25,869 bases of DNA from a virus (Duplodnaviria; Caudoviricetes): IMG/VR virus record IMGVR_UViG_3300031938_000027, positions 1-25,869 of that record; one strand, 5' to 3'. Positions 18,301-25,165 of the stretch are shown piece after piece; the first letter of the stretch is position 1, and each line of letters begins with the position of its first letter. The position numbers and the translations under genes are program-made. Under the pieces are notes generated by a model that was given only the letters and a program-made list of their open reading frames with translations, was not told where the DNA came from and ran no database searches.

Positions 18301-19618
18301 GGTCGCACCGGCCGCCCCGGTCGCGGTCGAGCCGGTCACGGTGCCCGCGTCGGTCGACCTTCACGGGGTCACGGTCGAGCGTGTCGCGGAGATCCTGCGC
18401 ACCGGCACGTGGTCGAGCGCGGTTGTCCGCGTCGGCAAGGGTCGGGAGCGGCGCCCGATGGGCGTGAGGGTGCTCGCGCTCAACGCCGGCCGGCTGGACT
18501 ACGCGACCGAATACAAGGCGGTTGCGGCCGTGCTCGCGACCCTGGGCGGGGGTTGGAACCGTGAGGTTAAGGGGTTCGCGTTTGCCCCGTCTGAGACGGT
18601 TTGGAACGGCGCCGGTGCGGGTGCGCGGACGCCGGAACCGTCAGCGAAGGTGACCGGGTGGCTTGACCGGTACGCCCCGGCCGCGGACTCCGCCCCGGTC
18701 GCCCAGGTCGAGCCCGTCGCGGACGTTGCGCCCGCTGAGACGGTCAACGCGGCCCCCGCGGACGTGCCCGCGGTCGACGCGCACGACGCGGCGGAACATG
18801 CCGCCCAGGTTGTGCACGACGCGATGACCGCGGGTGACTACCCGGGCGCACGGGTGGCCCTGGGCGACGTTGCCCGGGTGGCCCCGGCCGGGTACCTCGT
18901 CGCGGGTCGGTTCACGCTTGACGCGCTCGCCGGGATCATCGACGCGGCGGAGCGTGACGCGCTCGCGTCGGCCCCCGCGCCCGTCGCCCAGGTCGAGCCG
19001 GCCGCCGTGGTTGAGCCGGCCGCGATCCTGAAGACGCCTAGCGCTCCCGGCGTTGTGCTGCCCATGGTCGCGGCGGGTACCCGCGTGCGCGTGACCCGTG
19101 AGCCCGTGACCGTGGTCGGGTCGGTCGAGTACGAGCCGGGCATGGTTCGCGTCCGTCACGCCGACGGTTCGGTTACCCGGACGCTGCGCGAGTACGTGAC
19201 CCCGGTCGAGCCGGCCGCGCCCGCGGTCGAGCCCGTCGCGGCCCCCGTGGTCGAGCCGGCCGCGATCGACGCTGACGACGCGGACACCCTGGCCGCGGGC
19301 ACGGCCGCCGCGCTCGCGGCCATGGTCGAGCCGGTCGAGCCGGCCGCCGCGTCCGTGGTCGAGCTGGACGCGGCCGGGCGGCTGTCGTTCACGATCGCGC
19401 CGTACGCGGAAGATGTGAACGAGGGTCGGTCGTACAAGGCGACGCGCAAGCACGTTCACGCGGCGCTGCGCGCGGCGAAGGTGCGGGCCACGGTGCACGC
19501 GGACACCGACAGCCGGCGGGGTATGCACGTTGAGTGCGACGCCGCCGACCGGGTGCGGGTGGCCGTGATCGTGCGTAACACCGTGACCGTGGTCGAGCCG
19601 GCCGCCGCGACTGTCTGA
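15395..19618 (+). CDS. 1407-aa multidomain protein containing a DNA polymerase III beta sliding-clamp (DnaN) domain at about 16847-18112
   Basis: AGGAAGG RBS; RRPSVPVLSGV, SFDYEV, GRVLV, LPAEDYP, AAGKDDTLPMLTGV, AATDRYRLA, LDGEFP.VRALLP, N..FL.DGL, KPAVI, YLIMPVRI are actinobacterial DnaN motifs; flanking modules joined by VEPA linkers. Confidence 0.88.
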   Translation: MNANSTPTPRIGDVILIPAGACPEYRAAFRLRVSEILTRAGRGTLDRPIVGGTVVNANGQDRMLKGTPVERACTVDLGAVTVVTPAPATDAEIRAAYADHAAREIERTRCAHAPDALGCTHVHCVGVPPVDAATSVEPEASDVATPAEYGTQTLARTLRDTLRAYPTITDASMPRVTTTGEGNGRTRPFTVATSQVDGHAVNVIMWEGPRCAPMTAVMIDGVLINADVTGGRAMRNDERTNMIVWRVADALRDTATVEPADTCCAQCGSPASSNRHHVARPAGHPFVAEGEATMSATVAQVEPATVTLADPAARALATMTALTADVVHVGCLHGLKGAPGCHVTGCDMPIRPALVTCPECLAWLAGESGRAWAGRWAGNFARIAQSGYGCAGFTPRDGWPHTCAGCLRPDVAHTPALSAYPHNLGADAPVTESEATMSATVPATVAQVEPAAVPVVDAAPDVLAALLAGEPIPADALTPVEPARLSVTVDRDTLADALTLAAWSAPRRPSVPVLSGVMITADADAGTVTFGSFDYEVFSINALPATVTAAGRVLVDVKALRDMVKTFPKVKRLTAAQVRKGVTLPAGAGMVTLTDTGSAVTVEYGAARASLPTLPAEDYPAIMLGTATPATVAQVDADILAATVARVTVAAGKDDTLPMLTGVQLTTDADGLRAHLAATDRYRLAVDATRWVPVVPDGAEPREHIMPALIPAATLAYAAKWFGRTAGVVTVGMTYGTRSTMTGSGKTAKTVVTTYADSITLTCGPVTIGTRTLDGEFPAVRALLPDTYAGTAQVDAHALADVVARVGMVAARSTPVRLTWSADAVTVAATGDGDATASETMPASADVADGFTMGLNHAFLIDGLRAFSKGAAVRFGFVSASKPAVIESADTDGPDAFRYLIMPVRIGGGSESAAPSTPVGHRSVAVEPAPVVEPVVQVEPVADVTPVEPAAPAAPVEPVAQVEPVAAPVVAPAAPVAVEPVTVPASVDLHGVTVERVAEILRTGTWSSAVVRVGKGRERRPMGVRVLALNAGRLDYATEYKAVAAVLATLGGGWNREVKGFAFAPSETVWNGAGAGARTPEPSAKVTGWLDRYAPAADSAPVAQVEPVADVAPAETVNAAPADVPAVDAHDAAEHAAQVVHDAMTAGDYPGARVALGDVARVAPAGYLVAGRFTLDALAGIIDAAERDALASAPAPVAQVEPAAVVEPAAILKTPSAPGVVLPMVAAGTRVRVTREPVTVVGSVEYEPGMVRVRHADGSVTRTLREYVTPVEPAAPAVEPVAAPVVEPAAIDADDADTLAAGTAAALAAMVEPVEPAAASVVELDAAGRLSFTIAPYAEDVNEGRSYKATRKHVHAALRAAKVRATVHADTDSRRGMHVECDAADRVRVAVIVRNTVTVVEPAAATV
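16263..16716 (+). repeat. 25-bp direct repeat GTGAGGCCACCATGTCCGCCACCGT containing SD-like GAGG and in-frame ATG
   Basis: Copies at 16263-16287 and 16692-16716. Confidence 0.85.
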
Positions 19619-19625
19619 CCCGCCT

Positions 19626-19658
19626 ACCCGGGGCGGGTGACCGCCATCCGCCCCGGGT
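19626..19658 (+). terminator. Hairpin after the clamp-fusion gene
   Basis: ACCCGGGGCGGGTG-ACCGC-CATCCGCCCCGGGT, 14-bp stem with one G-U. Confidence 0.6.
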
Positions 19659-19659
19659 G

Positions 19660-19681
19660 TAACCTTGCCCTAGGTGTTAGG
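19660..19681 (+). promoter_or_regulatory. Conserved 22-bp promoter/operator motif, copy 1
   Basis: TAACCTTGCCCTAGGTGTTAGG; 19/22 identical to 22327-22348. Confidence 0.7.
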
Positions 19682-19708
19682 GCAGAGAACACGAGGGAGT
19701 GACCCGAA

Positions 19709-20302
19709 ATGACGATCATCGACACGCATATGGCCACGGCCACGGATACGGACCCCGCCGCTACCGGGTGGCAGGCCGTGACCCTCACGGAGTACGCCGG
19801 CGACCCCGGGCAGGGCCGCGCGGAGTACGTCGCCAACGACGCCCGCACCGGCGAATACGCCGGCGAAGTCCGGCGCAGCACCCGCGGCCGGTGGCACGCC
19901 TACCGGGGCGGCGTCACCGGTTCGGGCCGGTCGCGTGGCGCCGCGCTCACCGCCGTGCAGTGGCTTGACGCGGTGCCGGTTGAGCGCGTCCGCCGGGGTG
20001 CCGCGCTTGTGCTGGCCGACGGGACCGCGGTCACGGTCGCTGGCACCTGGGCGGGCAACGCGACAGAGCGCCGCGCGCTGGAGTTGCACGCGACCGGCCG
20101 CCGCGTCGAACTGTCCACGCCCGCCCCGGTTGAGCCGATGTGTGCCCAGGTCGAGAGCACCCGGTGGCGCGGCCGTCGGGTGATCTCGTACCTGTACCGG
20201 CCGGCCGCCGGCACGCTCGTGGTGCTCGCCCCGCCGTGCTGGCATTGCGCGACTGAGGCCGGCCGGGCGTGCGCGCCGAACTGCCACACCTTCAACCGCT
20301 GA
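19709..20302 (+). CDS. Hypothetical protein (197 aa), Cys-rich C-terminus
   Basis: GAGGGAG RBS; C-terminal CWHC...C...CH. Confidence 0.7.
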   Translation: MTIIDTHMATATDTDPAATGWQAVTLTEYAGDPGQGRAEYVANDARTGEYAGEVRRSTRGRWHAYRGGVTGSGRSRGAALTAVQWLDAVPVERVRRGAALVLADGTAVTVAGTWAGNATERRALELHATGRRVELSTPAPVEPMCAQVESTRWRGRRVISYLYRPAAGTLVVLAPPCWHCATEAGRACAPNCHTFNR

Positions 20303-20353
20303 CCGTTCCCCGCTTTCCGTTCCACGCTTCACCAGCCTGAGAGAGAGCACATC

Positions 20354-22267
20354 ATGAGCAACGCACGCGCCGCACGCATGGCACAGCGCGCCCGCAAGCA
20401 CGAGGAAGCCGCCGCCCGCGTCATCGATGGATTCGTGCGCACCCCCGCCGGCCTGGCCGATGACCTGGTGTCGGGGCACCGCGACATGAGCGCATTTACT
20501 TGGGGCGCGCGCATCCTGGAACCGTCCGCCGGTGACGGCGCGATCGTGCGCGCCATCCTGGAAGGTGACCGCGACGTGACCGTGATCGCGGTCGAGCCCA
20601 ACGGGGAGCGGGCCGACGCCCTCGACGCGCTCTCCGGTGAGGCAGACCACGCCGGCCGCGTGATCGTGTTCCGGGGCGCGCTTGAGCAGTACGCCGAACA
20701 CGTCGCATGGTGCCGCGAGTACCCGACAGCGGAGGTTGCCGGCCTGCCGGCGACCATGCACGGCGACCCGTTCGACGGCGTGATCATGAACCCGCCGTTT
20801 GGTGACTCGTCCCGTGACCTGGTGTGGATCGATCACGTGCGCACCGCGTGGGAAATGCTCCGGCCGGGCGGACTTCTCGTGTCGATCGTGCCCCCGTCGT
20901 ACGCGTTCCGCTCCGACAAGGCGCACCGCGCGTTCCGCACCTGGGCGGAATCGCACGGCGCGACGTACGCCAAGCTTCCCGGTCAGCCGTTCGCAGAGTC
21001 CGGCACCGGCACGCAAGCGGGCATCCTCACCGTGCCCCGGCCGATGCCGGCCCGCGCGGATGGGCTTCCCACGTGGCTTTACGCACCCGCCGCCGGTGTG
21101 CCGGTGCCGGTGCGGGGTCTGCCGGTGACCACGTCCGCGGGTGCCCTGACCATGCCCGTACAGGAGTACAGCGATTTTTCCGACGGGTCGCGCCCGCGGG
21201 TGCTCCGGTACTCGGGCACGTGCCACACGTGCGGCCGGTGCTGCTGGACGCACGACGACCGGCACGACGCCGCCGCGTTCGAGGCGATCACGGTCGATGC
21301 CGCCGAACACGCCGCCGCCGGCCCGTCCGTCGTGCTCTGCCTCGAACACGGCACGGGCGGGGAGGAGACGGCCGCCGCGCTCGCCGCCGCCGCGCCGCAC
21401 TGGACCCCGGACGCGGACGCTGACCCGCTCGCCGAAACCGGGCCGGTCGTGTACCCGCTCGACCTGGACGCGGGCACCTGGGCGACCGTCCGTGGGATCG
21501 ACTCCCACGGGTGGGTATTCACCATCACGGGTCGCGTCATGTGCACCCCGGAGCGCGTCGCGGACCTGGGCGAGTCGGCCTCGTTCCATGACGAGCGGAT
21601 CGGCGTCACGCTGCGCACCGTGCGCGGGTGGACGGTCGAGCTGTACGCGCTGGAAGACCAGCGGGTGACCGTGCGCGACGTGCTCACCGACGCGGTGCCG
21701 GCCCCGGCCGCAGAACCCCTGCCGGACTGGATGCCTCAACCGGCCGCCGGTCGGCCGCTCGCGACCGCGGGCAGCGCGGAGCGCCTCGCCGAGTCCGCCG
21801 ACATGGCCGCGCACCACCAGGCCGCCGCGGACGCCGCGCGGACGCACATCGTGGGCGGGTCGACCGTCGTCGCACACCCCGACCACGGCGCACCGGTCAT
21901 CGTCGCGCAGACACGGCGGATCGACATCACAGACGCAGGCGACAACCCGCCGGCGGGCGCGTGGGTCGCGGACCCGTCGCGCACCCCGGTCGGCGCCACG
22001 CTCACCGTGTACGGGGTCCGCACCGGGCAGGCTGACGAGATGATCCGCCGCGAGCACGTCACGCTCGACCACGACACGCACGAGGCGGCGCAGGCGCTCG
22101 CGGAAGAGGTCGCCGCCGGCGAGCCGATCACGCCCGGCGTGGCCGTCTGGGTGCTGGTCAGCCGTGACAGCATCAATCACGAGTACGCCGACGCGCGACG
22201 GGCCGCGCCCGCGCCCGCGCCGTTCGTGTCGGACTGGTCGAACTGGACTGAGCCGGCGCTGTTCTGA
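20354..22267 (+). CDS. DNA amino-methyltransferase (likely m6A) with long C-terminal accessory domains
   Basis: FVRTP (motif X), ILEPSAGDGAI (motif I), AVEP (II), VIMNPPF (IV), LRPGGLLVSIVP, PFAESGT (VIII); then CxxC domain and small beta domains. Confidence 0.88.
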   Translation: MSNARAARMAQRARKHEEAAARVIDGFVRTPAGLADDLVSGHRDMSAFTWGARILEPSAGDGAIVRAILEGDRDVTVIAVEPNGERADALDALSGEADHAGRVIVFRGALEQYAEHVAWCREYPTAEVAGLPATMHGDPFDGVIMNPPFGDSSRDLVWIDHVRTAWEMLRPGGLLVSIVPPSYAFRSDKAHRAFRTWAESHGATYAKLPGQPFAESGTGTQAGILTVPRPMPARADGLPTWLYAPAAGVPVPVRGLPVTTSAGALTMPVQEYSDFSDGSRPRVLRYSGTCHTCGRCCWTHDDRHDAAAFEAITVDAAEHAAAGPSVVLCLEHGTGGEETAAALAAAAPHWTPDADADPLAETGPVVYPLDLDAGTWATVRGIDSHGWVFTITGRVMCTPERVADLGESASFHDERIGVTLRTVRGWTVELYALEDQRVTVRDVLTDAVPAPAAEPLPDWMPQPAAGRPLATAGSAERLAESADMAAHHQAAADAARTHIVGGSTVVAHPDHGAPVIVAQTRRIDITDAGDNPPAGAWVADPSRTPVGATLTVYGVRTGQADEMIRREHVTLDHDTHEAAQALAEEVAAGEPITPGVAVWVLVSRDSINHEYADARRAAPAPAPFVSDWSNWTEPALF

Positions 22268-22276
22268 CGGCCGTCA

Positions 22277-22310
22277 CGGTGCCGGGCGGGCGGCTGCTCG
22301 CCCGGTGCCG
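22277..22310 (+). terminator. Hairpin after methyltransferase gene
   Basis: CGGTGCCGGGCGGGC-GGCT-GCTCGCCCGGTGCCG with G-U pairs. Confidence 0.5.
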
Positions 22311-22326
22311 CGTTGGCCCGTTATGC

Positions 22327-22348
22327 TAACCTCGCCCTAGCAGTTAGG
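22327..22348 (+). promoter_or_regulatory. Conserved 22-bp promoter/operator motif, copy 2
   Basis: TAACCTCGCCCTAGCAGTTAGG, preceded by TGC (extended -10-like TGnTAACCT). Confidence 0.7.
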
Positions 22349-22368
22349 TCACGAATCAAGGGGGAAAG

Positions 22369-23619
22369 ATGACCGCAACCACCGACCCGGCCGACGCCTA
22401 CCGCGCCGCGCTCGCGGCTGCCGGCCTGCCGGACGGGCTCACGTGGTCCGTCAAGGTGACCGCGCGCCGCGCGACCGCCACCCCGGCGAAGACCCGCCGC
22501 ACGCTCGGTGCCACGATCGCCCCGGGCGGTACCGCCGTCGTCTTCACCGTGCCCGCCGACACCGACCCCGGCAAGGTCGCCGACGCCGCCCGCCGCATGC
22601 GCGGTAAGCTCGCCGTTGCCGCGGAGGACATGCGCGCCCGGGGCGTGACGATCGTCCGTAAGCAGCTCGTGAACGGCGAAGGGTTCCCGTTCGCGGGCAC
22701 GAACCACCGTCTCCGCCTGGTCGATGACAGCGACACCGGCCGGCGCTGCCCGTGCCAGTGCTCGCGGCTCACCACCGAGCACCCGGGCGTGCCGATCGTC
22801 GCGGAGCGCGGACACCCGACGTGGTCCGGCGTCCGCACGTGGCAGCTCACGATGCGCCGCGACGCAGCCACCGCCCGGACGGTCATCGAGTGGTACCGCG
22901 AGCAGGGCCGCGCGTGGCTCGACCGGCACGTGCCGGACCTGCTCCGCCGGGTGTACGTCCAGCCGGCCGACTGGCCGACGTGGGAGGTTCGCCCGTACCG
23001 CGAGGGTGAGGGCTACGGCGGCACGTGGGGGACGTACCTCCCGCGCACGCACACGATCCGCCTCTCCTGGCTCGTGTTCCAGTTCCCCGCCGACCTGCTG
23101 CGCTACGTGGTCGCGCACGAGGTCGCGCACGCCGCGATCCGCGGCACCCACGGGCACGGCCGGCCGTGGCAGCTCGTGGTTTCGCGACTGTGCCCCGACT
23201 GGGAGACGTTGGACCCGCGCGCCCGCGCACTGCCCGGCCTGTGCCTCTGGGCCGGCGAGCTGGACACACCGCCGGCGGCGCCGGAGGAGTTCCCGGCCTG
23301 GATGCTCGCCGACCTGCGCGAGCTGCTCGCGGGCGCGTCCTGGTCGGTGGGTTCGTTCCGGCCGGGCCTGTTCAAGCGCGGCGAGCCGGTCGCCGCGGAC
23401 GTGCTCCGCGTGCCCACCCGCGAGACGTGGTCGAGCGGCGCTCGCGACATGGCCCGCCGCGTGCTGGACGGCATCGGCGGGCACATGTCGACCGACGCCG
23501 ACGGGTTTCTGTTCCCGCTGGGCGAGGGTCCCGAGCGGCTGCGCGCGTTGCTGGGCGACGTCCCCGCGCCGGTCGCCCCGTTCGTGTCCGCCTGGTCGAC
23601 GTTCGCGGGTGCGCGATGA
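22369..23619 (+). CDS. YgjP/DUF45-like (M48/zincin) metallohydrolase with extra C-terminal domain
   Basis: VNGEGFPFAG..HRL, WGTY....TIRLSW....P.DLLRYVVAHEVAH....H...W..V.RLCPDW. Confidence 0.82.
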   Translation: MTATTDPADAYRAALAAAGLPDGLTWSVKVTARRATATPAKTRRTLGATIAPGGTAVVFTVPADTDPGKVADAARRMRGKLAVAAEDMRARGVTIVRKQLVNGEGFPFAGTNHRLRLVDDSDTGRRCPCQCSRLTTEHPGVPIVAERGHPTWSGVRTWQLTMRRDAATARTVIEWYREQGRAWLDRHVPDLLRRVYVQPADWPTWEVRPYREGEGYGGTWGTYLPRTHTIRLSWLVFQFPADLLRYVVAHEVAHAAIRGTHGHGRPWQLVVSRLCPDWETLDPRARALPGLCLWAGELDTPPAAPEEFPAWMLADLRELLAGASWSVGSFRPGLFKRGEPVAADVLRVPTRETWSSGARDMARRVLDGIGGHMSTDADGFLFPLGEGPERLRALLGDVPAPVAPFVSAWSTFAGAR

Positions 23620-24509
23620 TCAGTGACGGTCAGGGCGTGCTGTTCGAGCTGGGCGACCTATGCCAGCGCTGGAACACCGGCGCGCACACCTGGGCGCCCG
23701 CGGACACGTTCCGGGCGAGCCGGTACGCGGTCCACCAGATCGACACGGCGACCGCGCGCCGGTTCGTGACCGGACACCACTACAGCCGGTCGTACCCGGC
23801 CGACCGGGCGCGGTTCGGGATGTTCGAGGGGTCGCGCCTGGTCGGCGTGGCCGTGCTCGGGCAGCCGATGCACGACCGGGTGACCGGCAAGGCGTTCCCG
23901 ACGTTGGGCCGCATGGACGCCGCCGAGTTGTCCCGGTTTGTCCTGCTCGACCACGTGCCGGCGAACGCGGAGACGTGGCTCCTTGCCCGCGTGTTCCGGC
24001 TCGCCGCCGGCGACGGGCTGCGCGGCGTGGTCGCGTTCTCCGACCCGATGCCGCGCCGCACCGCCGCCGGTGAGCTGCTCATGCCCGGCCACTTGGGGCA
24101 CATCTACCGGGCCGGCGCCGGCGCCACCGGCCGCTACACCGGGCGCGGCACCCCCCGCACGCTGACGATCCTCCCGGACGGGCGCGTGTTCTCCGCCCGC
24201 ACCCGCGCGAAGGTCACCGCGTGGGACCGGGGCGGGCCGGCCGCCGTCCGCGAGCTGGTCGACCTGGGCGCGTCCGGCCCGGTCGACGGGCACGGCTGCA
24301 CCGGCTGGGCGGCACTGGGCGGCATGACCGCCGTCGAGCGCGGCGCGTGGCTCACAGACGCGCTCGCGGCCGTCGGCGCCCGCACCGTCCGGCACCGCGG
24401 AAACCACCGGTTCGTGTGGGCGATCGGCGACCGGGGAGCCCGCCGGCGTACCCCGATCGCGCTTGACGCGCTCCCGTACCCGACGACCCTGGACGCGGTG
24501 ACGGCATGA
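23616..24509 (+). CDS. Mom-family adenine-modifying GNAT enzyme
   Basis: ATGA overlap start at 23616; ARRFVTGHHYS.SYP...FGMF...LVGVAV.G.P, ELSRFVLLD.VPANAETW, GVVAFSDP, GHLGHIYRA...YTGR. Confidence 0.82.
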   Translation: MISDGQGVLFELGDLCQRWNTGAHTWAPADTFRASRYAVHQIDTATARRFVTGHHYSRSYPADRARFGMFEGSRLVGVAVLGQPMHDRVTGKAFPTLGRMDAAELSRFVLLDHVPANAETWLLARVFRLAAGDGLRGVVAFSDPMPRRTAAGELLMPGHLGHIYRAGAGATGRYTGRGTPRTLTILPDGRVFSARTRAKVTAWDRGGPAAVRELVDLGASGPVDGHGCTGWAALGGMTAVERGAWLTDALAAVGARTVRHRGNHRFVWAIGDRGARRRTPIALDALPYPTTLDAVTA

Positions 24510-25165
24510 CCCGGCAACCGCTCCAGCGACCGGCCGGGCACCCGCGGGCGTGCATCTGCACCGCGTGCGGGTTCGCGGAGATGGACGAAATCCGGATCGG
24601 GTTCGGGCTGGAGCCGCTCGGGTTCGACGGCGACCCGTTCGTGAGGGTCCCTCGGGCGTACGTGCAAGCGGTCATGAACGGCGGCCGGGTCCCGATCGTC
24701 CTGCCGGACGAGCTGGAGGACGCGAGCACCGCGGAACTGTACGCGGCCGGCGCGCTGGAGCCGGTGCCCGTGCACGTCGAGGACGTCGCCGCCGGCATGT
24801 TCTGCCGGGTGCAGGGCCTGGACCCGGCCGGCGAGTGGGTCGACGTGACCGGGTACATCGGCTGGCCCGCCGACGCCGGTGACGGCCTGGTGAGCGTGCC
24901 TGTTGCCGGCGTCGCGGTCCTGGTCGACGCGGACGCGCGGCTTGAACTGGCGCCGGAGCCGTGGGACCCGCCGCCGCTGGTCGAGCGGGGCCGGCCGTAC
25001 CGCGTGGACCTGATCAACGTCGCTTGCGAGGTGACCCGATCGGTGCAGGTGTCCAACCTCGCCCAGGTCGACGCGCTCGCCCGCGACCACCACCCCGACC
25101 CGCTCGACCCTGACGGCGCGCTCGCGCCGGCGCTCTACTGCCTGAACTGGAGGGGCCAGCGATGA
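24506..25165 (+). CDS. Hypothetical protein (219 aa) with N-terminal H..C.C..C and a small beta-barrel-like module
   Basis: ATGA overlaps at both ends. Confidence 0.7.
   Translation: MTRQPLQRPAGHPRACICTACGFAEMDEIRIGFGLEPLGFDGDPFVRVPRAYVQAVMNGGRVPIVLPDELEDASTAELYAAGALEPVPVHVEDVAAGMFCRVQGLDPAGEWVDVTGYIGWPADAGDGLVSVPVAGVAVLVDADARLELAPEPWDPPPLVERGRPYRVDLINVACEVTRSVQVSNLAQVDALARDHHPDPLDPDGALAPALYCLNWRGQR

Noticed and set aside
18160-19360. GTCGAGCC repeats as CRISPR array or DGR
   Set aside because: Short, irregularly spaced, in-frame peptide linkers; no cas or reverse transcriptase, no adenine-specific variation
15395-19618. Apparent excess of A/T-ending codons suggesting restriction-site avoidance
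   Set aside because: Cannot be quantified by eye; candidate avoided words still occur
23025-23615. N-terminal extension of the 494-aa ORF
   Set aside because: Overlaps the YgjP-like gene; real Mom-like start is the ATGA-coupled ATG at 23616
15326-25093. Long minus-strand ORFs (15326-17785, 19670-22180, 22321-23484, 24134-25093)
   Set aside because: Arg/Gly-rich antisense shadows of plus-strand genes
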